DNA from: Tubulanus polymorphus
Taxonomy: Eukaryota; Animalia; Nemertea
Reading direction: 5' to 3'
Assembly (NCBI RefSeq): GCF_964204645.1
Contig: NC_134029.1
Coordinates: 13,976,850-14,040,849 of the forward strand
DNA: 64,000 bases
The notes under the pieces were generated by a model. It was not told the origin of the DNA, did not search any database, and saw only the letters and a program-made list of their open reading frames with translations. The position numbers were made by a program, and so were the translations under genes. Position 1 is the first letter of the stretch; every line of letters begins with the position of its first letter. Positions 25,050 to 38,900 of the stretch are shown piece after piece.

Positions 25050-26219
25050 AATTATTTGACGCCTGAGAAAAAAGTGTAGAATTTCTGGGCTAAGCTAATG
25101 TGGAATTGCAAATTTGAAATCGAAGTTTTAAGAAATTTGGGGAATGATGAGATTTGGCGATCTGTAGATGATACAGGTCTTCGACTCTAGTAGTGGTTTA
25201 AATTTTTTTATTGAAAATTCTCAATAATTGATCGCGAACTTGCGACCGACTTCATTTATTTATGCCTCTAAGCTGGTCTGCAACTTCATTGCCTCCATGG
25301 ATGAAGAAAGAGCTCTTCTGATGTCTGCTTCATCATGACTCCGAGCATATCGTGTGGCCTAGCCAGCCGGCCCGGTCCCCGGGTTTGGCTGTCACTCGAT
25401 ATCCTAGAGTCTTGAGTCTGGGTGGGTTGAAGTAGACATTGTCATTTAAAATAACATGCTTATGTTGTTCTGTATGAATAACCCGTGTGTCATGTATGTT
25501 GTATTAATTTATTTTAAAATTTGTATTTATTGAATTTGGGAATTTTATCCCGGAATTTCAATGTAATAAGGATCAATAAAGAATTGAATTGAATTGTCAC
25601 CTAATACACATGCCATCAGAGGACACGGAGCCGTATATGACAGCTATGCTATTATAAATTGCTAATCTCACGAAACTTGCATACTCCTAATATCAAACAT
25701 ATTTTCACAAACGATTGAATATTGAAAGAATATTGAAATTATATGTTTACACATTTTCATATTGACCGCTTGTAGCCGCTGATGAAATTCACGCCGGCCC
25801 TACACACATCGTAGATAGCTTCGTCTTTCCACCGGCATGCCCACGTCAGGGTCTGACTTTTATATCAGACTTCTGCATCGTGTATACATCCGCCATTTAA
25901 CCGAATAATCCGATTTACTTATCATTTCTATTTATGCCTGCCGCTTCTGATATAATCATACATCCTTTACTATTACAATACGACTTCTAATGATATTTAA
26001 TGCAATATAACATTTCGACGTTCAAATATAGGTCATTATATAATCACAGGAAGCCATTCTACATCTATGTCAATAATATTTTGCCAGATAGCTTGTTTGT
26101 GTACACATAAACCTGTGACGTTTTGCACATCGATTTACGGCTGTCGTTTGTAAAATGACGCTGAATGGTTAGCATTGTTTAGGTTTCATAATGGTAACGT
26201 TTTATAAGGCATCAAAAAA
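25050..26219 (-). mobile_element. ~1.1-kb interspersed element (copy 2), nested in the EnSpm element
   Basis: Reverse complement of 1601-2716. Confidence 0.8.
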
Positions 26220-27499
26220 TATCTCGGGCGGTGATGGGACTCGAACCTATTGGATGTTCTATCGATCGTAAATGTACACACTGCCGCGTTTCGTGATTAC
26301 ATAATCGCGCAGCGAGGAGATTCTAGAGTCACCGCGTGCTGTAAAACCTACTTTTCTGCGTTACTGCTATTCTGTGGCTGAAATGGATGACACCGACAAA
26401 TCGAAGGTAAGTCATCGGTCTGAGATAAACATGTTGTGAAACCCATAAACTTCTGTCACGCGTGTTAAGTGTGGACACTTAACCGAGAAGTCCCGGCGCG
26501 ATGGCGGGCTTTCCGGCCATCTATTCTACAATACATAGCAGCCAGCTACCTACAACTACTGCAACGAGGACTCAGTCCATGACGTTGCTATTGTCGCGCA
26601 TCCATGCGAAAGTGCGCATAGGTCTATATAAGTATGGAAGTGGTTATTTTACCGGATCCGGTTACCGACTTATAAAAGATATTTAGCCGGATCCATAGGC
26701 CTATATTATAATATAAATTAATAAAAGTAACAATAAAATCATTATATTGGGTTTAGGGTAAGGGTTTCGATAGGGTTAGTGTCAAGAGGGTGAGAAGAGG
26801 GTCCAGAGGGTTAGGGTCCTTTTTAAAAAATCTAAAATGAAATATAAAAACTATATTAATCAGCTTGATGACAAATTGCTGGTCAAACGAGTTTAATACA
26901 ATTGAATTCATACCGCAGAGTATGATTTACACCGGACTTGGTACCAGTTTCTGTTCACACACATAGATTTAGTCCGGTCAAACATTTGGACCAGACCTGG
27001 TTAGACCGGTCTAAAATGGACCAGATCAGAATTTTTCCCGTGGTCTAAATAATTTCGTCTGAACGCGCCTATAGGCTAATAAGGGAAATATTGACAGGTT
27101 TTGACTTATCTTGATATTTGATGCATCTCTGCGCGGAATAAGGATTACCAAGTTATTCATCGACCCCACCAGGGGGAGTTAAATATTAAATTAGGGGCCT
27201 ATTCACTATTTGTCTATTTATATTGGTTCCCTAGGCATATTTTCAAACCATTATCAACTGAAAATTGTAGCACATGATGTGTTCTGTTTATTGTGTTATG
27301 TTTCGAGGCAATTGATGTTTAAATTGTTGGATTTTCAAGCATTTCACCAAGCCCGTATGGAGTCCCTGTGCCCCAAGTATTGCGTTTAGGTAGGCCCTAA
27401 AGTCATTTAGATAGCTGTTGCTAAGCTTTTTCGTAGTAAGCTTATTTCTGCTTGTAGTGAGCCCAAGGTATCGATCGATGGCGTTACATAGATACGCAA

Positions 27500-29379
27500 G
27501 TTAGAAAATATGTTGAAGATGTTGAAGTTGATGTTAACTTTTCCTCCACTAATAATGAAAACACTCAATCGCAGAGTTTATCTGAGCCAGAAACTATTGC
27601 TGAGGAGGATCAAGATGCTGGACCTCATATTAATTATAGTGACTCGGATTCTGATATATCTGATTCAGATCATGAAAACGAATATTATAGCTTCAGTGAT
27701 GGGAGCTCTGACGACAACGCTGTAGATATTGGATTCAAGGAGCAACTTGGTAAATGGGCAGTAGAAAGCAAATGTACTTAGGCCGCATTAAATAAACTAC
27801 TTTCCATTCTTCGCGCACATGGGCATGATTTGCCCAAGGATAGCAGAACATTATTAAAACGTGCACGGGAAGTTCACTCCCAAAAGCTGTATAGTGGTGA
27901 TTATATGTACATTGGTATTGAAGTAGGAATAGCTCACTGCTTGGCTCTTAACCCAGAATATTGTCATCAAAATGATGCGATTGAAATTACCATAAATATA
28001 GATGGTTTGCCATTATTCAAATCCAGAAAAACACAATTTTGGCCGATATAAGCATATTTTGGTAACTCGATGGTATTTATTGTGGCCTTATTTGCTGGTG
28101 AGAATAAACCAAATGATGTGGATGGGTATCTCAAGGATTTTATTGCTGAATATATTTATTCAGAAAATGAAGGGGTCAATTATGGCGAAAAGAACTTTGC
28201 TTTTAGTGTACGAGCAATAGTTTGTGATGCACCTTCCAGATCATATGTAAAATGTATCATCGGTCACAATGGATATTATTCATGCGAAAGATGCAAAATC
28301 CGTGGAAATTGGGAGCGGAGATTAGTATTTAACAGCATGGAGATGCATGAATTAAGAACTGATGAAAAATTTAGCAGGCATCAGTACAATGTTCATCAAA
28401 CAGGAAAGTCTCCATTTATAGACGCTGATATTCAGTGCATTACCAAGTTTCCTCTTGATTATATGCACCTCGTGTGTCACGGTGTTGTGAAACATTTCAT
28501 ATCATTTTTGAAGTCAGGTCCAAGAATTTGTAAATTATCAAATCTGCAAATTCAACAAATTTCAATAGTTTTGAACACTTTAAAAGGAAAACTACCTACT
28601 GTGTTTGCCCGACAACCAAGGGACCTTAAGTCATTTAGATAGATGGAAGGCCACTGAATGAAGGCAATTTGTTTTGTACACAGGATCTATTGCATTGAGA
28701 GATGTTTTGTCAGAAGAACAATAATAACATTTTCTCTCCCTTAACATTGCTATGCTAATAATGTTAAATCCTTCTGAGGAAGAGCGAAATAGGTTGTTAC
28801 CATATGCATAAGAACTTTTGAAAAATTTTTTAAAAAAAGCTCCGGTATTTTTTGGGAGTACTTTTTGCACTTTACAATGTTCATGGTCTATTGCATCTGC
28901 GTGAAGATGCTGAATACTTCCGTTGTTCCCTGGATGAAGTATCCGGCATTCCGTTTGAGAACATTTTGCATGTTTTAAAGGGATTGATTAGAAAATCACA
29001 GTCTCCCTTAGTACAGGCTGTGAAAAGGAGTGAAGAATTTAAAAGACACAAGGCTCTTATGCATGAGAAAAAAGCTATGAGGACAAGGATTGCAAATGAC
29101 GATAAAGACAGTGTTTTCCTATTAAATGACTCTGAATTTGGTATTGTTCGTGATGAAAATTGTGTTTGTGACATTATAAGAGTAACAAACATGCAAAGCT
29201 TTGACGAAGAGCCATGTGATTCTCGAATTCTCAAGATATTCTATATAAATAACATTGAAGCTACACGAAAAGCAGCAAGAAGATTGATATGTAAAGAAAA
29301 TCTCCGGCATAAATCTATATGCTTGCCTGTACCAGAAGGTGGACATGTGATTTTTCCACTTCTACATGTATTTAGTTAG
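27500..29379 (+). pseudogene. EnSpm/CMC transposase; disrupted
   Basis: LPKDSRTLL, INIDGLPLFKS..QFWPI, CDAPSRSYVKCIIGHNGYYSCERC, FPLDYMHLVC.GV, RWKATE*RQF, YNVHGLLHL; start approximate. Confidence 0.9.
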
Positions 29380-30701
29380 AAATTATAAGCACTACTTTCT
29401 TCACAGCACCACTTAATTAGTATGTCAATGATTGTTTAGTTAAATTATTGGTGAAAGAAATTGACTGTATTTGAATCCGATATGTGACAGCCGATTGTGA
29501 TCTCATCTAGCCTAATTGGATCTTAATATGAAACAATTCTTAAATTGGCGAACCCCATAACAGACAGTAGAGATAGCAAGCTCCAACTAATGCTCTAATG
29601 TATCAAAGGTAAAATAATAGGCTTGCAAAATATATCGTATTGATTTGTTACAAAGGTCCTTCGCTTTGAGTGAGAACACCTGAAAACTTATTTAGTTTCA
29701 TATTGTTCTAAAATAACCGAACATATATGAGGTATCCTACCTGTCATTAAAAGGCATGGTAAGTTACATGATTGTAGTAACCTCACTTTTGTCATCCAAG
29801 TCACTTGGGTAAGACGATAAAACTTATGTTTGTACTAAAATTAGAAGTTTTGATGTTTGGTATTTTTGCTTTGGGTGTACGCTGTGTGGAATGAAGACAA
29901 AAAAGAACATGGTGGAACAGTGCCGAAAGCATGGATTGTAGGTAAAAACTTGTTTTGGCCACCGGGAGCTAATTCTGAGAAATATATCGACAAGATTCCA
30001 AATGATAATTGGAAGAAGTTCCCTATTGTGAAGATCAAAGTGAAAAGAGGTAGGTTGTAAATATTTGTACAATTTAACTGTTCCATTATTATCCTTTTTT
30101 GGTCAACCATTGTGAGACTTGAATGTTAGTTGTCTGCCAATGTTAAACCACGGCCAAAATTTACTGGATGGAGTGATTGTGGTCCTTTACTTGGAATTTT
30201 TGCTTGTGTGATCGCTTGGTCCGGTCTAAACTGCAACGGGCCAAATTACATTTAAGCTATGTGAGCAATAGATGGCCTTGTACTAGCACACATGGGCAGG
30301 CTATTGAGTTCAATTTGCATCCATCCATCCCTCCATAGAGAGAATCTAGTTTTTTCAAAGATGGCTTGAAATTAACTTAAATGCTTGAAATTTTAAACGT
30401 ATCAGAGGGGATTTTTGACCAGTCGATTGTTACACAGTCACTGGCTATCTTAATTTCATCAATTCGCGTTCATATCTGGAGAAGGTTTTTTAGGAAATAA
30501 AAACAGGTTTTAACTTTCTCCAAGAGCCTAACTCCAGGTCGCTCTAAGATCCGATGATCGGGGCAGCTCTTATACGACCTGAGTTAGGCTTTATATAGTC
30601 TTGGATATTTGACAGTTGTTAGCACTGTCATAGCCTACAAATCTACACACATGGAATGTAGGTTACTCGGGGAATTGTTCTCACCACCTAGGGAGAGTTA
30701 A

Positions 30702-30945
30702 CCCTTTCAGTGCGTCTACACCGCAGTGCAGTGTATTGATTTAATGAGTAATTACTAATTATCTCTCTTGAAAGATGGCAGCACCTGTCAAACATAGTGA
30801 AATATTAGTAACTAACGATATACCGCACCAGGGTGTAGACGTGTATAGTGCTATTCCCGTTATTCAACACACTAGGGTAAAACTTTTCAGAATTTTCAAA
30901 TTATCTTCAGCACTATAGGGTATTAACTAGCCAGCACTGAAAGGG
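30702..30945. mobile_element. piggyBac-type MITE
   Basis: TIR CCCTTTCAGTGC...GCACTGAAAGGG with TTAA TSD; the same terminus recurs at 49085. Confidence 0.88.
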
Positions 30946-31705
30946 TTAAGGCTGCTAGAACACAGCTTAGCTATATCTGCTGACAGATCACCTGTTAAGT
31001 TTTGGCCTTTTGGGCAGTGATGATAAATAAAAAATGATGTCTGCTATAATTTTCATACTGAGTAGACACCGGTGGGTCATCCTCGCTTGCCACGGTTTGA
31101 TTGCCTCCCGCCAAAGTTCACGCTTACACAAACCTTGACCACTGTTCCTTCATTTGTCTATTAAGTTGCCTGATATTTTTTGGGCAAACTGGTTGCCGCT
31201 GAGCGGGCACCAGTCTATGTAAAATCAAATGTGTTGTATTGATAAGAGCAAATCTGCCAGTGAAAAACAATGCATCTGATTGGCTTAGCATAGGTGTAAT
31301 AGACGAATGAAGGACTGCGGCCAGGGTTTGTGTTGACGTGAGGTTCCGTCTGACCCTCTCTATAGTAAACACCTCCAATAGTGAAGATTTTTTGCTCAGA
31401 CCCAAAGGCGTTCACTATAGAGGTTTTACTGAATTTGTTTTATGTTTGCTTTCTGGTATCCCAGTAATGAAGTATGTTTTGCTGTGGTCCAACGAATCTA
31501 ACCAAAATGAAACCACATTCGTGCCTGTATGGAACTGGCTTGGGCTTTATGGTATTGGATACATCTATAGTTTAATTCATGCAGATGAAGCCCCTGAAGA
31601 AAATGAAGAAGCTGAGGAGGATCACTCGGACAAGGACGATAGGTGTAAGTACTAACTATATGGTTGCAATTCAACAGTTGTGAGTTACATTCAACTCTGA
31701 ACTCA

Positions 31706-31804
31706 GGATCCAGTTCCATAGTTGTGATTTAGAGTTAACTCTGAGTTCATTTTCAATGAGTTAACTCTGATTCAAATCTTAACTCACAACTGTGGAACTG
31801 GATC
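31706..31804. mobile_element. ~100-bp palindromic MITE (same family as 4365)
   Basis: GATCCAGTTCCATAGTTGTGA...TCACAACTGTGGAACTGGATC. Confidence 0.6.
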
Positions 31805-34800
31805 TAGAGCTATAATTTTGAGTGTTGGTAATTTGTTGCAGTACACAAATTTGTTGAGATAGAGATCACGAGCAGTACTTTCTTGTGTTTGAGCTCGTCT
31901 TTCTTTTCACCCAATCATTAATTCATGCTTCGATACGTTTCAGCTGGTATTTGTCTACCACCTCCACCTAAATTGAAAAGGACGTCAAATCTATTTAAAG
32001 CTTCAGCCCTTCCTAAACAGATTCCAAAAGCTGGTAAGTCGTCAGGAGTTTTACCAGACCAGAAAAAAAAGGGTCAGATTTCGACAATATTTTCCGTCGA
32101 AAGGATACATCAGACTATTGTGCTAAGCGATCACCTTCGCCTAACATCCCGGATCTATCTCTGAAATCACCTACACAACCCACAGGCAGGTTTCCATTGG
32201 AAGCAAGTCGTAAGTAGTATAATTTTACATTCTCTACTAAAGTCTATTTCAAATGCTTACAGAATCGAAAAAAATATTTGTTGATGAAGAATTATTTTCA
32301 ATTTTTCTTATCGGGGCTCATCCAATGTTAATTATCACACAAGCATATCATTAGATTTCATTAATAACTGAGTAAATATACATATTTACCTAGTATTTGA
32401 ATTTTGGGGGATAGAGTAACCCTAAGAAGGGCAGTTACCTAAAGTCTAAAATCAATATAATGATTCTTGTTTTATGCACTAACAAGAGCTCTGTTAGGCC
32501 TATAATAAAATGTTTGTCAGTCCAAAGTGAAGGATTTTACATCAAATTTCTATTAGATATAACAATAATATTTGCAAAATAGGCACTTTTCCAAATTTTC
32601 CGGGCCCTGCCCTCGTTATGTACGGCCCTGATACTACAGTACTTGTACACCAAAATTGAAAAGGAAATCAAATCTATTTAAAAGCTCCAGCCCTTCAGAA
32701 ACAGATTCCAATAGCTGGTACGTCGTCAGGAGTTTTACCAGACCAGAAAAGAAAAGCGTCCGATTTCGGCAATATTTTCCGTCGAAAGGATACAGCAGAC
32801 TATTGTGCTAAGCGATCACCTTCGCCTAACATCCCGGATTTATCTCTGAAATCACCTACACAACCCACAGACAGGTTTCCATTGGAAGAGAGTCGTAAGT
32901 AGTCACTTTTTAACATTCTCCATTTAAAGGGGAACTGCAGTGAAAAAATTTTAATATCTATATGCATTTGAAACCTCAATAAATACACTTTCGCGAAAAC
33001 AGAAAAACATTTTATCTAATAGTTTTGCCAAAAAAGAGAGTAGAGTTTTTGTAGAGTCCCTGGCCACCGCCATTTTCTCCGCGTAGCAGACCCTTTTTCT
33101 CAGCTGTGACGTATCCGGCCCACTGTGATTCATGTTAGGTCTACTGCTGTTATTCATGTGTTTTCATCACTTGAAGTCCAACATCAGTTCTAAAATGCAG
33201 CATTATGCTGCATCAGCAATTATTTGGATATGTCTCACATAGTGGGTGGATAAATAAAATCAGAAACCGCACTCGCAGCCCAGCAGGAGTGTTTTGATCG
33301 GATCTTCTATGAGTGTACCTATTTGTGTACACACTGCCGTCAGTGTTTACATGCCTCGCTTTGGAGGTTAAATATGGCGGCTCTCATCCGCCGTAAATTC
33401 TACCAATAACAGTATTAAAATTGCTATGTATGGGTTAATGGTGAAACATAGAAAAACACATATAAATTTTATATGCAAATATAAATTTCATATTGATTTT
33501 TCCGAATTGAATGGATTCCAGATAGTCCGGTACCGGTTTAGGGTCTACTTTATTAAAAAAGATATTTTGACCCCTCCTTCCAAGCTTTCCACTGCATCCA
33601 TAATTTATCAACAAGCAACCTGTTAAACAGTGCAGCAATTATAATTTTCTAGGATTCCAGCGTAAAGTGTTGCATCTTTTGACTGACATAAAAGATAAAC
33701 TCGACTCTAAAGAATTTGAAAATGTAGCACCACTCGACTGCTGTGAAGATCTCAAACATTTAAAAGCTCTTGAAACAGATTTAGCTGATGGTGTGAAAAA
33801 AGATGAATAGGTATATATGTTTTGTTAATACTATATATTACAGTGTTACTTAAGAAGATCGGAGTTTAATCATGGAAAGATATAGGAAAAGTGACTTGAA
33901 TACGGGTTCTTCTTTGTCTCTTAATTACAATTCATATTTATTTGGTGTACATGCCCCTATTTATCGTGATGGAATGCTCAAAACAGTCAGAGATTTTCTT
34001 TGCTCACGCCTGCCTTATTTTTACATAAAAAGATGTAGTGCCACTGACTAAGTAAACAAACAGAGTTAATTCGAAATTTTTCCCACAAAAACAGAGAAAG
34101 CTTCAGAAAAGCCTTGTCCAATACAAAGTAAGCCTGTTACTCATAAGAATTTTGTGTAACATCTGTGTTATCGACCCGTATCTACAAAAAACGTGAATTT
34201 CATTTTTTATGTAACTGCAGTCTTAGAAATATAAAACACAATTTTTAATTTTTTAGGTGGTTAAGCTCAAGGCTATTGGTGGTGCAAGCTCTGCCGATTT
34301 TTTGAGACGTGCGATGTCTAGGTAAATAAATTTCAACCTAATTAGCCTGTACATTGGCTAATTAGGTTGATTTTTATGATCAATAAAATGTTGCGATTGG
34401 TCAACTTTGTCCTCGAAAAAAATTTATCTTAGACATTTCAGCTTGATATGAGTGTGAATGAAATTTGTTCGCAATGACTCTACATTAATCTAACTCTATT
34501 CAGTGTATTACTGCAGTGTTGGAGGTCGTAAGGGGTCTAATGTCCGTTATACTCAAAGCTTTGGCTAAACTTGGTATTTGGGTACTTAGTATCCCATATT
34601 TTTCTACATATCTAATACATGTACATGTGTTGGCCCCTCGGTGGTGCTCCTAAAAAATAACCATATTTATTGAACTGATAGATTTATTTCAACGAAACTT
34701 CCTACTTCATTGTATGGCCATTCAAATCAGCAATGCAGATAACCCATTATCGCTGATTAGCAGTTACTTATTAGTGTCTTCCAATGTGTCTTCCAAGATC

Positions 34801-35338
34801 TGGAGTAGGGTTCTGCAATCCTCAATTCAATGTTGAAATAAGAAAAACATGTTTCATTCTTAAAATGCATACCTGGAATAGTAGAACTCATTTTTGAGAA
34901 GGCTAAGTTGAAATAACCAATAAGCAAATTGCTTGAAATTTGCATACCCGGTATTTGCAAAATATTTCTCTATTCTCATCTTACTTTTTGCAGATATTGC
35001 TGTACGTCTTTATGGAACCACAGAGTTTGCCATAAGGAAATTACCTAAGAAATGCTTTTGATCGGAAGGGGGGTATTCGTCGAAATTCAGTCCAGGAATC
35101 GGAGAATTCATTTTCTGATGACTATTAAAGATGAGGCAACAAAATGATTTTATATTATTGTATTTTAGTACAATATTATATGCATACACCATTAGTTTAT
35201 CTAAAAAAGCTGTGAAGCAATTGGAGCCAAAAGGGCAAGCGGTTAATTTGTATATTTTCAATATTTTATACATAGTTACCCTACAGTGATGGGAAGATTT
35301 AAGCTATTCTCACAAAGGTTATGAAGTTATGAGATATG

Positions 35339-36083
35339 TATGGGCGACAATTCCCTTCAAAAATAGAATGTTTTGTTTCACATAGCGTAAAAGAGAATTT
35401 CGCGCTGTGTAGACATTTTCGCGCTGCGAAGACATTTCCGCGGCGCAAAGTCATGCGCCAAAATGTCAGTAGATGGCACCACGTACATGCAATTGATGGC
35501 ACCATGGAAAACCTGGCAATGATATGATTTGATTCGATACTGTATAATCATGTATGAAAGCTCCATTTCATAGTAGATTCGGAATTTGATTTAGGTTATA
35601 CTTCAAAGCAAGGTTTATGAAATGGGGACTGCATGACTAAATCATTTAGAGTATGTTGATTGAGAGATCATTATCCTGACTCGAAATATATACATGAATT
35701 TCTTTTTTCAAACATCTAAAATCTAATTCAGGATAATGAATGTAATATATTAATATCTTTGTATCTGTATTACACGGTAAGATTAGAATGTGAAATGGTG
35801 CATCTATTACAGGTTTCCCCAGACGTCATTGAAAATTTCGTGCAAATTTTTAACCGAAACTTCAAAACAGCTAAAATGATAACGATGTTGTAAAGATAAA
35901 AGAAATTGAATTGAACATTTTTTTTTCCGGGTTTCCAAGATGACGTCATTAACTTGTACGTGGCGCCATCTGCTGACATTTCAGCGCATGATTTCACGGC
36001 GCGAATATATCTACGGGGCGCGGAATTGTCTTTTACGCTACATGAAAAAAATATAGTCTTTTTGAAGGGAATTGTCGCCCATA
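35339..36083. mobile_element. Non-autonomous DNA transposon, IS3EU-like
   Basis: TIR TATGGGCGACAATTCCCTTCAAAA, 6-bp TSD GATATG; empty paralogous site at ~36584. Confidence 0.8.
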
Positions 36084-36114
36084 GATATGAAGTCAGTTAA
36101 TCTATTAGTATATC

Positions 36115-36148
36115 CTACGAGCAATCATCTCAAGATGATTGCTCGTAG
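36115..36148. mobile_element. 34-bp palindromic micro-MITE with 7-bp TSD
   Basis: CTACGAGCAATCATCT-CA-AGATGATTGCTCGTAG flanked by GTATATC; empty site in the paralogous repeat at ~36608. Confidence 0.85.
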
Positions 36149-36275
36149 GTATATCTGAAATGAGAAGCTGTGACGCTATTTGAGCCAAAAGGGCTAGCTG
36201 TTAATTTTTTCATTTTTAGATTTAATCTTTTATTTTTATACGTAGTGATGGGAAGATTTAAGCTATTCTCACAAG

Positions 36276-36552
36276 GGTTCTAGAACAATTCACCCCGGAC
36301 AATTATCTTAGGAAGTTTCCATAAGGGAAGTTTTTTGGGGTAATATTCCGGGGGATTTCCGTAGGGGAGTTTTCTATGCGGTAATTTTCAAGTGGGGAGA
36401 ATTTGTTGGGGACAATTGTCATAGGGGCAATTTTACTGGGAGGTTATTTGACTGGGGGTAATTGTCTGGGGCAAATTGACAGGGGGGGGGGGGGTGATTG
36501 TCCAGGGGGCAATAGACTGGGGGAAATTGTCCGTGGGAATTGTCCTGATACC
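36276..36552. mobile_element. G-rich Merlin-like MITE
   Basis: Imperfect TIR GGTTCTAGAACAATTC / GAATTGTCCTGATACC, 8-bp TSD CTCACAAG. Confidence 0.72.
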
Positions 36553-36938
36553 CTCACAAGAGTTAGTTTATCTGAAGTTATAAGATATGAAGTCAGTTTA
36601 TCTGTTAGTATACCTGAAATGAGCTAGGCTGTGAAGCAATTTGAGCTGCAAGGGCTAGCTGTTAATGTGTTTATTTTTAGATTTGATATTTCATACGTAC
36701 AGTGATGGGAAGATTAAACTATTCTCAAAAGAATTAGTTTCACAGTATTCAATAAAACAATGCTGATAATTTGAAAATTTTAAATTTATATTTTCATTCA
36801 GCTTATCATGAATGACTTGAGTTATTGACAAATAAAAATCATTTTGCATTGATTTGAATTCTGCCAATTTAATGTTGTTTATATGATGGATTGGTCAAAA
36901 AGTAATTGTTGTAGTTGTTACAAAATTATTTCATTTTA

Positions 36939-37097
36939 CAGTCAACCCCCGATATACCGCCTACATCGGTGCAGAACGATTTTGGCGGTATATCGGGGGT
37001 GTTTTACTTTGTATTTGTATAGTGATGTACATTGAGAAATCCTGGCGGTAGGCGGGGATGGTGCTATATGGGAGGCCGGTATATCGGGGGTTGACTG
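36939..37097. mobile_element. pogo/Tigger-type MITE
   Basis: TIR CAGTCAACCCCCGATATACC with TA TSD. Confidence 0.85.
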
Positions 37098-37781
37098 TAC
37101 ATGTAATTCATTAACATTTGGTCTGTTTGAAAGAATCTGTATCACATTTTGGCCATATGGATGGTGTAGCAGGGTTCTCCAGTCTAACGCTCATGAGAAG
37201 ATTTTGATGGACGTCCACAAGACATTATTTAACTACGTCATTAAGTGTTACATATATGCTCAACTGAAGACTTGATTTCAATGTCTTGGTAAGATGTATT
37301 GATGATGTCATCTAGGATTGATCTCGGAAAAGACGTCGTTAGTACATCATTCGTACCATCTTGCAGACATTTTGTGTAGAACGTCTACAAGACATTTTTA
37401 AACTACGTAATTAAGTGTTACAAATATGCTCAACTGAAGACTTGATTTCCATGTCTTGGTAAGACGTTTTGGTGATGTCTTCAAAATGTATGAGTGTTTG
37501 CTGGGCAGCATCTTAGCTACGCATTGAAGTGGTTTTCGCCCCCACATACCCAACCTAACTTTTGAAATAATCAAACCTTTAGAAAGGATGGGTATCCCAG
37601 TACAGGTATGCCAGTAGGCCTACATCCGAGCCCAATATCTAAGGGAATCCCCCACCGTGTTTGGTACCCTTAATCCAAGCAAAAAAAGTCCAGGGAATCC
37701 CTTATTTCATCCTCAATCTGTCTCTCAGGATCAATGGATTTCATACATATAGGCCTAACCGAAATTCGTGCTACTAACCTA

Positions 37782-38124
37782 AGGCGTTTTTACGAGCATC
37801 CGATTTTTGCGATCGATCGTAGGAACACATTTACGAGCACCGATTTTTGCGATCGATTTCACGATCAGCGTTTTTACGAACACGATTTTCCGATCGATTT
37901 TTTAAATCGACCAACTCGCTCGGCGAGCGATTTGGCAATTTGATTTCCAAGATGGCGGCACCGGGTGGTTCATAACGATACAATTTTTTCTCAACGTCGC
38001 CATATTTATGTCATGTGATGAGCCAAATCCATCGTCATTTTTACGAACGTTCGATTCGATCGCACGATCGAAGCAAATCGTTCACGAAATCGATCGCAAA
38101 AATCAGATGCTCGTAAAAACGCCT
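37782..38124. mobile_element. PIF/Harbinger-type MITE
   Basis: TIR AGGCGTTTTTACGAGCATC.GATTTTTGCGATCGAT, 3-bp TSD CTA. Confidence 0.85.
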
Positions 38125-38900
38125 CTAATTGTGGTCTGATGCCTGACTTATTTACAGTCCAGGTGTCCGTCCGCTAGCGCCACCTCAGTGTATGTTTTTT
38201 CAATAGCCTATTTACTGTAGGCCTATATAAATCGTTTAATACGGTGACGCGTACAGTCATCATCAATTATACGAAAACCAACATAGGCCTATCTCGTAGG
38301 CCTATGTTATATCTCATATCTCGAATGTCATCTGAGGGCTTCCATATATGGATTATGGATAAGTATTGTAGTATCGTTATCATTAAGGCAATAAATACAT
38401 TGCAATTGAATTGAAACTCAATCACCAGACATCGGACGTCCAGTAGGCCCATCCTAAGGCCTATTAGGCCTAATATTACCATATCTCATTAACCAACTAA
38501 CTCATCTGCACCCATTCACCCAATTTTTAATTAATATTACAGAGGTTTCACTCACCTGGAGGCACCTAGGAGTCGTCAGCGGAACACAAAGCCTCTGCTC
38601 TCTGGCGACGCGGCCGACAGTTGTTCGGTCCGATACATATTCCGGATCCGTGGTTGCTACCTGTCATACATGTGGGTTTATGTACATGCACATGCGGAAA
38701 GCCTTCTTCGAACCACATAGGCCTAAGCTACTAAGTTACAATTCTTTTGTTGAAGGACAAGGTAGGCTCTTAATGCTTTTCTTTGCGTGCCTTCTGAAGG
38801 CCTATATAGGGTCGTCGCCTCACCACCAAAGGCTGAACAACAAAACACGGCGGTGTGTAGCGTAGGGCCTAAAGTATAGTAATTTAGTAATTTAGTAGGC

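Larger units (their letters stand above)
29870..34321 (+). pseudogene. EnSpm accessory gene, DUF4806-like, multi-exon
   Basis: GT-AG bounded exons ~29870-30049 (VPKAWI..LFWPP), ~31585-31642, ~31945-32209 or 32645-32895 (FPLEES), 33653-33810 (FQRKVLHLLTDIK, ends in TAG), 34257-34321 (LKAIGG..FLRRAM). Confidence 0.65.
24695..37505 (+). mobile_element. EnSpm/CACTA (CMC) DNA transposon, 12.8 kb including nested insertions
   Basis: TIR CCCAGCAAACACTC...GAGTGTTTGCTGGG, 2-bp TSD CA, GACGT-rich subterminal repeats, transposase plus a second multi-exon gene. Confidence 0.9.

Noticed and set aside
1601-26219. Giant composite transposon bounded by 1.1-kb inverted repeats capturing INO80E
   Set aside because: Each copy has its own short TIRs, and copy 2 is nested inside the EnSpm element, so they are independent insertions
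26225-26255. tRNA gene (also B-box hits at ~22725 and ~24325)
   Set aside because: Isolated B-box-like motifs without a cloverleaf; SINE debris at best
24450-38525. Older element bounded by inverted GACATTCGAGATATGAGATATAACATA segments
   Set aside because: The match is short and patchy with no TSD; more likely dispersed repeat fragments
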